Assembly: GCF_003334305.1 (NCBI RefSeq)
Contig: NZ_QOWS01000006.1
Origin: Escherichia coli
GTDB taxonomy: Bacteria > Pseudomonadota > Gammaproteobacteria > Enterobacterales > Enterobacteriaceae
Length of the DNA: 64,000 nt
Direction: 5' to 3' (one strand)
Part shown: piece by piece, positions 33,148-48,590 of the stretch
Layout: each line of letters starts with the position of its first letter
Numbering within the stretch: the stretch's first letter is position 1
The notes under the pieces: model-generated
Told to the model about the DNA's origin: nothing
Databases searched by the model: none
Seen by the model: the letters and a program-made list of their open reading frames with translations, nothing else
Made by a program: the position numbers and the translations under genes

Positions 33148-33299
33148 GGACTTTTCTGCCGTGATTATAGACACTTTTGTTACGCGTTTTTGTCATGGCT
33201 TTGGTCCCGCTTTGTTACAGAATGCTTTTAATAAGCGGGGTTACCGGTTGGGTTAGCGAGAAGAGCCAGTAAAAGACGCAGTGACGGCAATGTCTGATG

Positions 33300-33320
33300 C
33301 AATATGGACAATTGGTTTCT
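33300..33320. promoter_or_regulatory. araO2 AraC half-site (DNA-looping operator) in the araC leader
   Basis: CAATATGGACAATTGGTTTC is the reverse complement of the araO2 sequence as I recall it (AAACCAATTGTCCATATTG). Confidence 0.6.
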
Positions 33321-33347
33321 TCTCTGAATGGCGGGAGTATGAAAAGT

Positions 33348-34226
33348 ATGGCTGAAGCGCAAAATGATCCCCTGCTGCCGGGATACTCGTTTAACGCCCA
33401 TCTGGTGGCGGGTTTAACGCCGATTGAGGCCAACGGTTATCTCGATTTTTTTATCGACCGACCGCTGGGAATGAAAGGTTATATTCTCAATCTCACCATT
33501 CGCGGTCAGGGGGTGGTGAAAAATCAGGGACGAGAATTTGTCTGCCGACCGGGTGATATTTTGCTGTTCCCGCCAGGAGAGATTCATCACTACGGCCGTC
33601 ATCCGGAGGCTCGCGAATGGTATCACCAGTGGGTTTACTTTCGTCCGCGCGCCTACTGGCATGAATGGCTTAACTGGCCGTCAATATTTGCCAATACGGG
33701 TTTCTTTCGCCCGGATGAAGCGCACCAGCCGCATTTCAGCGACTTGTTTGGGCAAATCATTAACGCCGGGCAAGGGGAAGGGCGCTATTCGGAGCTGCTG
33801 GCGATAAATCTGCTTGAGCAATTGTTACTGCGGCGCATGGAAGCGATTAACGAGTCGCTCCATCCACCGATGGATAATCGGGTACGCGAGGCTTGTCAGT
33901 ACATCAGCGATCATCTTGCTGACAGCAATTTTGATATCGCCAGCGTCGCACAGCATGTTTGCCTGTCGCCGTCGCGTCTGTCACATCTTTTCCGCCAGCA
34001 GTTAGGGATTAGCGTCTTAAGCTGGCGCGAGGACCAACGCATTAGTCAGGCGAAGCTGCTTTTGAGCACCACCCGGATGCCTATCGCTACCGTCGGTCGC
34101 AATGTTGGTTTTGACGATCAACTCTATTTCTCGCGAGTATTTAAAAAATGCACCGGGGCCAGCCCGAGCGAGTTCCGTGCCGGTTGTGAAGAAAAAGTGA
34201 ATGATGTAGCCGTCAAGTTGTCATAA
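33348..34226 (+). CDS. araC: arabinose operon transcriptional regulator (AraC family founding member)
   Basis: Track ORF 33297-34226 is 5'-extended; the ATG at 33348 ([22 protein letters not shown]) gives 292 aa. Confidence 0.95.
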
Positions 34227-34311
34227 TTGGTAACGAATCAGACAATTGACGGCTTGACGGAGTAGCATAGGGTTTGCAGAATCCCTGCTTCGTCCATTTG
34301 ACAGGCACATT

Positions 34312-35076
34312 ATGCAAGCATTGCTGGAACACTTTATTACCCAATCCACCGTGTATTCATTGATGGCGGTGGTGTTGGTGGCCTTTCTGGAGTCGCTGGC
34401 GCTGGTCGGTTTGATTCTACCCGGTACGGTGCTGATGGCGGGGCTGGGAGCGCTGATTGGCAGCGGCGAGTTAAGTTTCTGGCACGCCTGGCTGGCAGGG
34501 ATCGTCGGTTGCCTGCTGGGCGACTGGATCTCCTTCTGGCTGGGCTGGCGTTTTAAAAAGCCGTTGCATCGCTGGTCATTTCTGAAGAAAAACAAAGCAT
34601 TACTCGATAAAACTGAACATGCGTTGCATCAACACAGCATGTTCACCATTCTGGTCGGTCGCTTTGTTGGCCCGACGCGTCCGCTGGTGCCAATGGTGGC
34701 GGGAATGCTGGATCTGCCGGTGGCAAAATTCATTACGCCGAATATTATCGGCTGCCTGCTGTGGCCACCGTTTTACTTCCTGCCTGGGATTCTGGCGGGC
34801 GCGGCGATCGATATTCCAGCCGGAATGCAGAGCGGCGAGTTTAAATGGTTGCTGCTGGCGACGGCGGTATTTTTGTGGGTTGGTGGCTGGCTGTGCTGGC
34901 GGTTATGGCGCAGCGGTAAAGCAACCGATCGTTTAAGTCATTATTTGTCGCGCGGCCGTTTGTTGTGGCTGACGCCGTTAATTTCTGCCATCGGCGTGGT
35001 GGCGCTGGTGGTGTTAATTCGCCACCCGTTGATGCCGGTGTATATCGATATTTTGCGTAAAGTGGTTGGGGGTTAG
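34312..35076 (+). CDS. yabI: DedA-family inner-membrane protein
   Basis: 254-aa hydrophobic ORF MQALLEHFITQSTVYSLMAVVLVAFLESL... Confidence 0.85.
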   Translation: MQALLEHFITQSTVYSLMAVVLVAFLESLALVGLILPGTVLMAGLGALIGSGELSFWHAWLAGIVGCLLGDWISFWLGWRFKKPLHRWSFLKKNKALLDKTEHALHQHSMFTILVGRFVGPTRPLVPMVAGMLDLPVAKFITPNIIGCLLWPPFYFLPGILAGAAIDIPAGMQSGEFKWLLLATAVFLWVGGWLCWRLWRSGKATDRLSHYLSRGRLLWLTPLISAIGVVALVVLIRHPLMPVYIDILRKVVGG

Positions 35077-35094
35077 GAGATAGTCTTGTGCGGG

Positions 35095-35182
<88 letters not shown>

Positions 35183-35189
35183 GTGCATA

Positions 35190-35888
35190 CTAACCCGTAA
35201 TCCCCAATAGTGCCGAAGCACTCGCCTTACCGCTCAACAACTCATTGGTCTTACCCTGCCAGGCGATGCGCCCGTCGGCGACCACCACCGAGCGTGTGGC
35301 GATCCGCGCCGCATCTTCCACACTGTGCGACACCATCAATAGCGTCATTTTTTGCTGCTGGCAGCTCGTGCTCACCAGCGTCAGCATCTCCTGACGTAAC
35401 GCCGGATCGAGCGCAGAGAACGGTTCATCGAGCAATAAAATCGGCTGTTCGCGCACCAGACAACGCGCTAACGCCACGCGCTGTCGCTGACCGCCGGAAA
35501 GCTCGCCCGGTAACCGCGCCATTAAATTATCAATCCCCATCTGGCGGGCGATAGCGTGCATTTTCTCCTGCTGCGCCGCGTTCAGCTTCAATCCCGGATT
35601 AAGCCCCAGCCCGATGTTCTGCGCGACCGTCAGGTGGCTGAACAGGTTGTTCTCCTGAAACAGCATCGATACCGGACGGCGTGACGGCGGCGTCGTGGTG
35701 TGATCAACGCTGTCGATAGTCAGCGAACCGCTGGCTGGCGTCAGAAAACCGGCAATCAAATTCAGCAGGGTACTTTTACCCGCGCCGCTTGGCCCGAGGA
35801 TTGCCACCTGCTCGCCGCGTTCTACCGTTAAGCTAAAACGCATCGGCAAATGGTGATAAAGCCAGGTGATATCAGTCAGTTTTAACAT
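35190..35888 (-). CDS. thiQ: thiamine ABC transporter ATP-binding protein
   Basis: Track ORF extends to 35909; the internal start [20 protein letters not shown] at 35888 gives 232 aa; Walker [10 protein letters not shown]; 17-nt overlap with thiP. Confidence 0.9.
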   Translation of the reverse strand: MLKLTDITWLYHHLPMRFSLTVERGEQVAILGPSGAGKSTLLNLIAGFLTPASGSLTIDSVDHTTTPPSRRPVSMLFQENNLFSHLTVAQNIGLGLNPGLKLNAAQQEKMHAIARQMGIDNLMARLPGELSGGQRQRVALARCLVREQPILLLDEPFSALDPALRQEMLTLVSTSCQQQKMTLLMVSHSVEDAARIATRSVVVADGRIAWQGKTNELLSGKASASALLGITG

Positions 35889-37482
35889 TTCGCCCCGGTA
35901 GTTTTTCAATCACGGTAAACAGCAGAAAACAGAGTAGTAGCAGAATTAACGCGGTGACCGCGCCGTCCTGGCTGCGATAGGAGCCAATTTGCTGGTAGAG
36001 ATAAAACGGCAGGGTACGGAAATCATCGTTACCGAACAACGCCACTACGCCAAAATCACCAATCGACAGCACGCAGGCAAAAGCCAGCGCCTGCGCCAGT
36101 GGACGTTTCAGGGCGTGCAGCTCGACCACTTTTAAGCGCGACCAGCCTTCAATGCCCAGCGACTGACACAATATACTGTAGCGGGCGGTGATATCGCGCA
36201 TCGGGTTTTCCAGTACTTTCAGCGCATAAGGGATCGCCATTAACGCATTGGTGAAAATCACAATGCCGTCAGCAGATTGTGGCAGGCCGATAGTGTTGTT
36301 GAGCAGTAAAAAGAAGCCGGTAGCCAGCACAATCCCCGGCATGGCGAGGATCAACATGCCGCTCATCTCCAGCGCCTGACCCGCCAGCATTTTCTGCCGC
36401 GCCCGCAGTTCGCGACTGCTCCATAGCAGCATCATGGTCAGCACTACGCACAATACACCTGCCGCCAGCGCAATACGCAACGAGGTCCACAGCGCCTGCC
36501 ACAGCACCGGTTGTGCCAGCACTTCCGGCAACTGGCGATTTACGCCATCGACGATCACCGCCAGCAACGGTGGCAGCAACAGCAGCAGCGCCAGCACTAT
36601 TAACACCGTGTCGCAAATGCGGCTATGCAGACGATCGTCCGGATCGCGCCAGCCTTGCAGCAGCGTGGTACCGGGCGCAATGGCCTTACTTAGTCGCTGA
36701 CTCAACAGCACCAGCCCAAGGCAACACACCATCTGGAGCAGCGCCAGCATCGCCGCGCGGGCAGGATCGTAGTCGTAACTCAGCGCCTGATAAATAGCCA
36801 GCTCGATAGTAGTTGCCTGCGGACCGCCGCCCAGCGATAGCACGGTGGCGAAGCTGGCGAAACAGAGCATAAAGATAAGCGCGGCAACCGGCGGGATTTG
36901 TCGCCGTAGCCACGGCCATTCGACGAAGCGGAAAAAATGCCAGCCGCGCATCCCAAGCTGGGCGGCAAGCTGACGTTGTTCGCCGGGAATGTTTTCCAGT
37001 GCCTGGAGTAATAAGCGGCTCGCCATCGGCAGATTAAAAAATACGTGCGCCAGCAAAATGCCTTGCAGGCCGTAGGGCGAAAAGGTCCACTCCAGACCGA
37101 GCGATTGGCAGAGCGATGCCAGCCAGCCCTGACGACCATAGACGCTAAGAATGCCGAAAACAGCAACTAGCACCGGGAGGATCAAGGTCATTGCGCACAG
37201 ACGCAACAGCGCCAGCCGACCCGGAAAGCGCCTGCGATAGAGGGCGCGGGCGAGGAATATCGCGGGTACGACAGAGAGTAGCGCCGAGAGAAACGCCTGC
37301 CAGAAGGAGAAGCGCACCACATGCCACAGGTAGCTGTCCTGCCAGACTGCCACCCAGTTACCCTGCGGCGCGTTCCACCACAGGGCGAGAAACGCCGCGA
37401 GCGCAACCGCTACCACCAGCGTGGCGGCGCTTACACCTGGAATTAACCAGCCGGGAATTAACGGCTGACGGCGCGTTGCCAT
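35872..37482 (-). CDS. thiP: thiamine ABC transporter permease
   Basis: 536-aa multi-span [25 protein letters not shown]... Confidence 0.9.
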   Translation of the reverse strand: MATRRQPLIPGWLIPGVSAATLVVAVALAAFLALWWNAPQGNWVAVWQDSYLWHVVRFSFWQAFLSALLSVVPAIFLARALYRRRFPGRLALLRLCAMTLILPVLVAVFGILSVYGRQGWLASLCQSLGLEWTFSPYGLQGILLAHVFFNLPMASRLLLQALENIPGEQRQLAAQLGMRGWHFFRFVEWPWLRRQIPPVAALIFMLCFASFATVLSLGGGPQATTIELAIYQALSYDYDPARAAMLALLQMVCCLGLVLLSQRLSKAIAPGTTLLQGWRDPDDRLHSRICDTVLIVLALLLLLPPLLAVIVDGVNRQLPEVLAQPVLWQALWTSLRIALAAGVLCVVLTMMLLWSSRELRARQKMLAGQALEMSGMLILAMPGIVLATGFFLLLNNTIGLPQSADGIVIFTNALMAIPYALKVLENPMRDITARYSILCQSLGIEGWSRLKVVELHALKRPLAQALAFACVLSIGDFGVVALFGNDDFRTLPFYLYQQIGSYRSQDGAVTALILLLLCFLLFTVIEKLPGRNVKTD

Positions 37483-38441
37483 TCGCTAATCCATGCCTGA
37501 CGTTGTGCCGCCACTTCAGCTGGTGTGAACTCCAGCGTGGTGGCCGGTTTGGTCAATTGTTCAAACCCGGCAGGCAGCGTGACATTTGCCACCGGATACA
37601 TCCAGTTACCGGTTGGGATCGCATTCTGAAAAGCCGGAGAAACCATAAACTGGAGGAATTTTTGCGCCAGCTCCGGCTGCTTGCTGGCAGCGGTGCGGGC
37701 GGCGACTTCCACCTGCAGATAGTGACCTTCGCTAAAGTTCGCGGCGGCGTAGTTATCTTTTTTCTCTTCGAGAATGTGATAAGCCGGAGAGGTGGTGTAA
37801 CTCAGTACCAGATCGCTTTCACCTTTTAAAAACAGGCCGTAGGCTTCGCTCCAGCCTTTGGTGACCGTGACGGTTTTCTTCGCCAGTTTTTGCCAGGCTT
37901 GTGGGGCGTCATCGCCATAGACTTTTTGCATCCACAACAGCAGGCCCAGCCCCGGCGTACTGGTGCGCGGATCCTGATAAATCACCCGCCAGTTTTGATC
38001 GCTCTCAACCAATTCTTTCAGGCTTTGCGGCGGGTTTTTCAGTTTGTTCTTGTCATAGACGAAGGCGAAATAGCCGTAATCAAACGGGACGAAAGTGTCA
38101 TTATTCCAGCCGCCGGGAACGTTAACGGCATCCGCTGCCACACCGCTTTTGGCAAATAGTCCGGTTTTACTGGCGGCGTCTAACAGATTGTTATCCAGCC
38201 CCAGCACCACATCGGCTTTACTATTTTTGCCTTCCATCCGTAGACGGTTGAGAAGCGAAACGCCATCTTCCAGCGCCACCAGTTTCAGTTCGCAGTTACA
38301 GTCGGCTTCAAAAGCTTTTTTGATCTTTGGACCAGGCCCCCAGTCGGCGGCGAAGGAATCGTAGGTATAAACAGTCAGAACGGGTTTAGCGAAAACGGGC
38401 GCTGTGCACAGCAACAGCAGGGGAAGACATTTTTTTAACAC
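37458..38441 (-). CDS. thiB: thiamine/TPP periplasmic binding protein
   Basis: Track ORF starts at 38453 (MRCKVLKKCLP); the known N-terminus MLKKCLPLLLLCTAPVFA corresponds to a GTG start at 38441; signal peptide present. Confidence 0.88.
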   Translation of the reverse strand: MLKKCLPLLLLCTAPVFAKPVLTVYTYDSFAADWGPGPKIKKAFEADCNCELKLVALEDGVSLLNRLRMEGKNSKADVVLGLDNNLLDAASKTGLFAKSGVAADAVNVPGGWNNDTFVPFDYGYFAFVYDKNKLKNPPQSLKELVESDQNWRVIYQDPRTSTPGLGLLLWMQKVYGDDAPQAWQKLAKKTVTVTKGWSEAYGLFLKGESDLVLSYTTSPAYHILEEKKDNYAAANFSEGHYLQVEVAARTAASKQPELAQKFLQFMVSPAFQNAIPTGNWMYPVANVTLPAGFEQLTKPATTLEFTPAEVAAQRQAWISEWQRAVSR

Positions 38442-38479
38442 TTTGCACCTCAAAAAAGAGTGGCAAAGGACTTGAGAAG

Positions 38480-38565
38480 GAGCCTCAAATCCCTTCGCCG
38501 GCGTTATCCGGATCAGGTTCGACGGGTATTTTCTCAGCGCACGCGTTTGCGTGGCACCCCGTTGA
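38480..38565 (-). ncRNA. TPP (thi-box) riboswitch in the thiBPQ 5' leader
   Basis: Minus-strand GGGGTGCCACGCAAACGCGTGCGCTGAGAAAATACCCGTCGAACCTGATCCGGATAACGCCGGCGAAGGGATTTG carries the conserved CUGAGA and ACCUGAUCNGGAUAAUGCC-like thi-box. Confidence 0.85.
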
Positions 38566-38604
38566 GAACGGCGTTAGTGTAGTGATTTTGTTATCTACCA
38601 GCAA

Positions 38605-40260
38605 TCATGGATCCGGCGGCGCAAACCACGCTGATTTAAAATCGAACCAGCCGAGGGTATTCATACGCAGGCCGCGCATACTGCGTTGTCCCTGAATGAT
38701 CAGCCAGTGGTGGATAAGCGGCACCATTGCTTTACTGGCGACCAGTTGCTGGCACCAGTTCGCCAGGTTCATTTCGCCATTGCGCCAGCGGGCGGCGTCG
38801 GCTTGCCAGTCGATCGGAATACAGTGTTGGAGCAGCGGCACCTCGCACAAGTGCGCGAACAGCGAAAAATCCAGCGGCAGCGTAAAGTTGGCGCTATTAA
38901 GCCAGATATCGCTCTCGATCTCTCCTTCATGCCACTGATCGTAGTCGATCTCTTTGATTTCCAGCGTGACCTGGTGGCTTGCCAGAATCTGCTGCATGAT
39001 CCCGGCAATCACCCGATGCTCACTGTGATCCTGATAAAAGGTCAGGGTGAGGCTTTCCAGACCAGCCGGTTTTTCGCTCTTTATGGTGCGGGCATGGTGC
39101 CAACGGGGGAGCAGTCCATAAGCCGGGAACCACAGTTGCTGGTACTGTTCCTCAGCGAAATAGACCAGATTAGTTGGAGAAAGCACATAGCTTACCCAGT
39201 CCCTGACTTGCTGATTCGCACCGCGATGGGTGCGGCTGTCGAATAGTAAATAGTAGCAACCTTCCTCCAGGCGGCTTTCAATCTCTTTTTCCTCGCCCTG
39301 TGGACCTTTTAGCATCAGACCTCCAGCTGGCTCGTCGGCAATTTCCGGCAGAACCCAGACGTTAACTTCATCGATTAATGCCCGGTAACCGAAGAAGTCA
39401 TCGAATGCCTGAATTTTCAGTTGATTGGTGGTGTTGCGGATCACCGCATACGGACCGGTGCCGATGGGATGGCTGGCAAAGTTACTGAGGGTTTCCCATT
39501 CGCGCGGCAGGATCATCGCCGGAACTTGCCCCAGCAGTAACGGTAACCAGCGGTCCGGTTGCGTGAGATGGATATCCAGCGTCCAGGGCGTCGGCGACAC
39601 AATGTCCGCAATATGCGAATAGAGCGGCAGCGTATTGATTCGTTTTAAAGAGGCGATCACGTCGTCCATTTCCAGTTCACGACCATGATGAAAATGGACT
39701 CCTGGACGCAAAAAGAAACGCCAGTGAAGCGGTGATATTTGCTGCCAGTGGTGGGCGATGTCTGCTTCCAGTTCCCCATTTTCCTCATTTATGCGCGTTA
39801 GCGAACTGAAGATTTGCCGGGCAATATGGGTTTCGGAACGGCGCAATGCGCTGCCAGGTAGCAGATTACGCAACGGACGATAGTAGAGCACGCGCAGGAT
39901 GTGCCGCCCCTGGCGGAAGCTGCGGCCCAGATGAGAAACCAGCATTTGCCGCACAGTCGCTTTGTCGCCAACCAACTGCACTAGTTGGTCGATACGATCC
40001 TGCTCCAGCAGGTCTTCCGCCCGCTGTTGCTGAAGCGCCAGCCCGGTATAGAGGAATGTCAGACGCGAGCGTTTACCACGCCCGACTTCCGCTTCCCACG
40101 TCAGCCAGCCGCGATCCTGCATGGTGTTGAGCAGGGTGCGCATATGACGACGCGAGCAGCTCAATAACGCTGCCAGTTCGTTGAGCGTTGTGTCCTGCGA
40201 TTTACCCTCGCAGCATTGCCACAGGCGGATGAACTGTTGTTGCAGACGAGCAGATGGCAT
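38605..40260 (-). CDS. sgrR: transcriptional activator of sgrS (N-terminal HTH plus solute-binding-protein-like domain)
   Basis: Track ORF extends to 40281; the internal start [21 protein letters not shown] at 40260 gives 551 aa. Confidence 0.9.
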   Translation of the reverse strand: MPSARLQQQFIRLWQCCEGKSQDTTLNELAALLSCSRRHMRTLLNTMQDRGWLTWEAEVGRGKRSRLTFLYTGLALQQQRAEDLLEQDRIDQLVQLVGDKATVRQMLVSHLGRSFRQGRHILRVLYYRPLRNLLPGSALRRSETHIARQIFSSLTRINEENGELEADIAHHWQQISPLHWRFFLRPGVHFHHGRELEMDDVIASLKRINTLPLYSHIADIVSPTPWTLDIHLTQPDRWLPLLLGQVPAMILPREWETLSNFASHPIGTGPYAVIRNTTNQLKIQAFDDFFGYRALIDEVNVWVLPEIADEPAGGLMLKGPQGEEKEIESRLEEGCYYLLFDSRTHRGANQQVRDWVSYVLSPTNLVYFAEEQYQQLWFPAYGLLPRWHHARTIKSEKPAGLESLTLTFYQDHSEHRVIAGIMQQILASHQVTLEIKEIDYDQWHEGEIESDIWLNSANFTLPLDFSLFAHLCEVPLLQHCIPIDWQADAARWRNGEMNLANWCQQLVASKAMVPLIHHWLIIQGQRSMRGLRMNTLGWFDFKSAWFAPPDP

Positions 40261-40327
40261 AAAAGGGGAACTCCTGTGCAAAAGACAGCAATTTTATTTT
40301 CCCTATATTAAGTCAATAATTCCTAAC

Positions 40328-40554
40328 GATGAAGCAAGGGGGTGCCCCATGCGTCAGTTTTATCAGCACTATTTTACCGCGACAGCGAAGTTGTGCTGGT
40401 TGCGTTGGTTAAGCGTCCCACAACGATTAACCATGCTTGAAGGACTGATGCAGTGGGATGACCGCAATTCTGAAAGTTGACTTGCCTGCATCATGTGTGA
40501 CTGAGTATTGGTGTAAAATCACCCGCCAGCAGATTATACCTGCTGGTTTTTTTT
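40328..40554 (+). ncRNA. sgrS: sugar-phosphate stress small RNA SgrS (Hfq-dependent, dual-function)
   Basis: Starts GATGAAGCAAGGGGGTGCCCC...; contains the base-pairing segment GAGTATTGGTGTAAAATCACCCG and ends in the terminator hairpin CCAGCAGATTATACCTGCTGG plus a U8 tract; divergent from sgrR. Confidence 0.9.
40349..40480 (+). CDS. sgrT: 43-aa peptide encoded within SgrS (glucose-uptake inhibitor)
   Basis: ATG at 40349 gives MRQFYQHYFTATAKLCWLRWLSVPQRLTMLEGLMQWDDRNSES; it is the 3' part of track ORF 40181-40480. Confidence 0.85.
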   Translation: MRQFYQHYFTATAKLCWLRWLSVPQRLTMLEGLMQWDDRNSES

Positions 40555-40581
40555 ATTCTCGCCGCGCTAAAAAGGGAACGT

Positions 40582-41760
40582 ATGATCTGGATAATGACGA
40601 TGGCTCGCCGTATGAACGGTGTTTACGCGGCATTTATGCTGGTCGCTTTTATGATGGGGGTGGCCGGGGCGCTACAGGCTCCTACATTGAGCTTATTTCT
40701 GAGTCGTGAGGTTGGCGCGCAACCTTTCTGGATCGGACTCTTTTATACGGTGAATGCTATTGCTGGGATCGGCGTAAGCCTCTGGTTGGCAAAACGTTCT
40801 GACAGTCAGGGCGATCGGCGAAAACTGATTATATTTTGCTGTTTGATGGCTATCGGCAATGCGCTATTGTTTGCATTTAATCGTCATTATCTGACGCTTA
40901 TCACCTGTGGTGTGCTTCTGGCATCTCTGGCCAATACGGCAATGCCACAGTTATTTGCTCTGGCGCGGGAATATGCGGATAACTCGGCGCGAGAAGTGGT
41001 GATGTTTAGCTCGGTGATGCGTGCGCAGCTTTCTCTGGCATGGGTTATCGGTCCACCGTTGGCCTTTATGCTGGCGTTGAATTACGGCTTTACGGTGATG
41101 TTTTCGATTGCCGCCGGGATATTCACACTCAGTCTGGTATTGATTGCATTTATGCTTCCGTCTGTGGCGCGGGTAGAACTGCCGTCGGAAAATGCTTTAT
41201 CAATGCAAGGTGGCTGGCAGGATAGTAACGTACGGATGTTATTTGTCGCCTCGACGTTAATGTGGACCTGCAACACCATGTACATTATTGATATGCCGTT
41301 GTGGATCAGTAGCGAGTTAGGATTGCCAGACAAACTGGCGGGTTTCCTGATGGGGACGGCAGCTGGACTGGAAATACCAGCAATGATTCTGGCTGGCTAC
41401 TATGTCAAACGTTATGGTAAGCGGCGAATGATGGTCATAGCAGTGGCGGCAGGAGTACTGTTTTACACCGGATTGATTTTCTTTCATAGCCGTATGGCGT
41501 TGATGACGCTGCAACTTTTTAACGCTGTATTTATCGGCATTGTTGCGGGTATTGGGATGCTATGGTTTCAGGATTTAATGCCTGGAAGAGCGGGGGCAGC
41601 TACCACCTTATTTACTAACAGTATTTCTACCGGGGTAATTCTGGCTGGCGTTATTCAGGGAGCAATTGCACAAAGTTGGGGGCACTTTGCTGTCTACTGG
41701 GTAATTGCGGTTATTTCTGTTGTCGCATTATTTTTAACCGCAAAGGTTAAAGACGTTTGA
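40582..41760 (+). CDS. setA: sugar efflux transporter (MFS)
   Basis: 392-aa 12-TM-like ORF MIWIMTMARRMNGVYAAFMLVAF... Confidence 0.9.
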   Translation: MIWIMTMARRMNGVYAAFMLVAFMMGVAGALQAPTLSLFLSREVGAQPFWIGLFYTVNAIAGIGVSLWLAKRSDSQGDRRKLIIFCCLMAIGNALLFAFNRHYLTLITCGVLLASLANTAMPQLFALAREYADNSAREVVMFSSVMRAQLSLAWVIGPPLAFMLALNYGFTVMFSIAAGIFTLSLVLIAFMLPSVARVELPSENALSMQGGWQDSNVRMLFVASTLMWTCNTMYIIDMPLWISSELGLPDKLAGFLMGTAAGLEIPAMILAGYYVKRYGKRRMMVIAVAAGVLFYTGLIFFHSRMALMTLQLFNAVFIGIVAGIGMLWFQDLMPGRAGAATTLFTNSISTGVILAGVIQGAIAQSWGHFAVYWVIAVISVVALFLTAKVKDV

Positions 41761-41781
41761 TGACGTGGACGATAGCGGAAA

Positions 41782-41801
41782 GCCCGGTCATTTGACCGGG
41801 C
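41782..41801. terminator. hairpin between the convergent setA and leuD (possible bidirectional terminator; no clear T-tract)
   Basis: GCCCGGTCatttGACCGGGC. Confidence 0.3.
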
Positions 41802-41808
41802 AAGGGGA

Positions 41809-43825
<2,017 letters not shown>

Positions 43826-43827
43826 GA

Positions 43828-46490
<2,663 letters not shown>

Positions 46491-46532
46491 GGTTTGGGTC
46501 CTTGTCTCTTTTAGAGCGCCTCGCTTCGGGCA

Positions 46533-46560
46533 TAAAAAAACCCGCGCAATGGCGCGGGTT
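46533..46560 (-). terminator. leu operon attenuator (intrinsic terminator between leuL and leuA)
   Basis: Minus-strand CCCGCGCCATTGCGCGGG followed by TTTTTTTA, 22 nt after the leuL stop. Confidence 0.85.
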
Positions 46561-46582
46561 TTTTGTTTGACTGCGTGCTGGC

Positions 46583-46669
46583 TTAATGCTGGATGCCGCT
46601 CACTCGTCTACCGCGCAAAGAAGATGCGTTTAGTAGTAGTAGACCGATAAAGCGAACGATGTGAGTCAT
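46583..46669 (-). CDS. leuL: leu operon leader peptide (28 aa, four tandem Leu codons)
   Basis: Hand translation of the complement of 46583-46669 gives [28 protein letters not shown]; the four Leu are all CUA; followed by the attenuator hairpin; it is the 3' part of track ORF 46583-46774. Confidence 0.85.
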
Positions 46670-46899
46670 TAAATCAGCTCCAGATGAATGCGATATGCTT
46701 TTAGAGTTACTGGATACAAAAACGGATGTCAACCCTGACGCAATAAAAACGTCCCGCCAGCGTGAGTTCTGCATCCGTAAAATTAGCTAATTGTGCTGCG
46801 GTGGTTAAAGTAAGCGATATTAATTTCTGCTTAACTACCGACGCTTTTCATCGGTTGACATATTTCAGCATAAATTTTTGCATCTAATCAACGAGGAAA

Positions 46900-47150
46900 A
46901 AGGGGACAAAATGCACGCGTTGCAAAACCTATCCTGATGATTTGTATTGAATTATATGTTTTGCGATTTTTTTTGATATTGATTTGGTGAATATTATTGA
47001 TCAATTAATGTTAAGAATTAATGCATTAAATATATAAATTAATTATTAAATAAGCACATTTAATCCATTTTGTAGATGATTGAGTATTCGCGGTAGTTAT
47101 GATTAGATTGTTTTCGCAACAAAAACATTATGGATTATTATGCTGTGGTA
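46900..47150. promoter_or_regulatory. strongly AT-rich leuO upstream region (candidate H-NS nucleation / LeuO autoregulation zone)
   Basis: Runs such as TTGATCAATTAATGTTAAGAATTAATGCATTAAATATATAAATTAATTATTAAATAAG; no coding capacity. Confidence 0.5.
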
Positions 47151-47328
47151 AATGACTCATTCCACGGCAATGGATTCTGTTTTTATCAGAACCCGTATCT
47201 TTATGTTTTCCGAATTTTACTCATTTTGCTTTTTCTTATTTTATATGCATGATAAATCATATTCTTCAGGATTATTTCTCTGCATTCCAATAAGGGAAAG
47301 GGAGTTAAGTGTGACAGTGGAGTTAAGT

Positions 47329-48273
47329 ATGCCAGAGGTACAAACAGATCATTCAGAGACGGCGGAGTTAAGCAAGCCACAGCTACGCATGGTCGATCTC
47401 AACTTATTAACCGTTTTCGATGCCGTGATGCAGGAGCAAAACATTACCCGTGCCGCTCATGTTCTGGGTATGTCGCAACCTGCGGTCAGTAACGCTGTTG
47501 CACGCCTGAAGGTGATGTTTAATGACGAGCTTTTTGTTCGTTATGGCCGTGGTATTCAACCGACTGCTCGCGCATTTCAACTTTTTGGCTCAGTTCGTCA
47601 GGCATTGCAACTAGTACAAAATGAATTGCCTGGTTCAGGTTTTGAACCCGCGAGCAGTGAACGTGTATTTCATCTTTGTGTTTGCAGCCCGTTAGACAGC
47701 ATTCTGACCTCGCAGATTTATAATCACATTGAGCAGATTGCGCCAAATATACATGTTATGTTCAAGTCTTCATTAAATCAGAACACTGAACATCAGCTGC
47801 GTTATCAGGAAACGGAGTTTGTGATTAGTTATGAAGACTTCCATCGTCCTGAATTTACCAGCGTGCCATTATTTAAAGATGAAATGGTGCTGGTAGCCAG
47901 CAAAAATCATCCAACAATTAAGGGCCCGTTACTGAAACATGATGTTTATAACGAACAACATGCGGCGGTTTCGCTCGATCGTTTCGCGTCATTTAGTCAA
48001 CCTTGGTATGACACGGTAGATAAGCAAGCCAGTATCGCGTATCAGGGCATGGCAATGATGAGCGTACTTAGCGTGGTGTCGCAAACGCATTTGGTCGCTA
48101 TTGCGCCGCGTTGGCTGGCTGAAGAGTTCGCTGAATCCTTAGAATTACAGGTATTACCGCTGCCGTTAAAACAAAACAGCAGAACCTGTTATCTCTCCTG
48201 GCATGAAGCTGCCGGGCGCGATAAAGGCCATCAGTGGATGGAAGAACAATTAGTCTCAATTTGCAAACGCTAA
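47329..48273 (+). CDS. leuO: LysR-type global transcriptional regulator (H-NS antagonist)
   Basis: Track ORF 47152-48273 is 5'-extended through AT-rich DNA; the ATG at 47329 ([33 protein letters not shown]) gives 314 aa. Confidence 0.9.
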   Translation: MPEVQTDHSETAELSKPQLRMVDLNLLTVFDAVMQEQNITRAAHVLGMSQPAVSNAVARLKVMFNDELFVRYGRGIQPTARAFQLFGSVRQALQLVQNELPGSGFEPASSERVFHLCVCSPLDSILTSQIYNHIEQIAPNIHVMFKSSLNQNTEHQLRYQETEFVISYEDFHRPEFTSVPLFKDEMVLVASKNHPTIKGPLLKHDVYNEQHAAVSLDRFASFSQPWYDTVDKQASIAYQGMAMMSVLSVVSQTHLVAIAPRWLAEEFAESLELQVLPLPLKQNSRTCYLSWHEAAGRDKGHQWMEEQLVSICKR

Positions 48274-48590
48274 CTGAATGCAGAATAGGCCAGACATGAA
48301 TGTCTGGTTTATTCTGCATTTTTTATTGAATGTAGAATTTTATTCTGAATGTGTGTGCTCTCTATTTTAGGATTAATTAAAAAAATAGAGAAATTGCTGT
48401 AAGTTGTGGGATTCAGCCGATTTATTGTCAATTTAATCCTTCGTAATGGAGGATTTTATCGTTTCTTTTCACCTTTCCTCCTGTTTATTCTTATTACCCT
48501 GCGTTTATGTCTCTGGCTGCCAATTGCTTAAGCAAGATCGGACGGTTAATGTGTTTTACACATTTTTTCCGTCAAACAGTGAGGCAGGCC

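Noticed and set aside
46583-46774. 63-aa track ORF containing leuL
   Set aside because: Only the last 28 codons (from the ATG at 46669) correspond to the leader peptide. The upstream in-frame extension would start inside the leu promoter.
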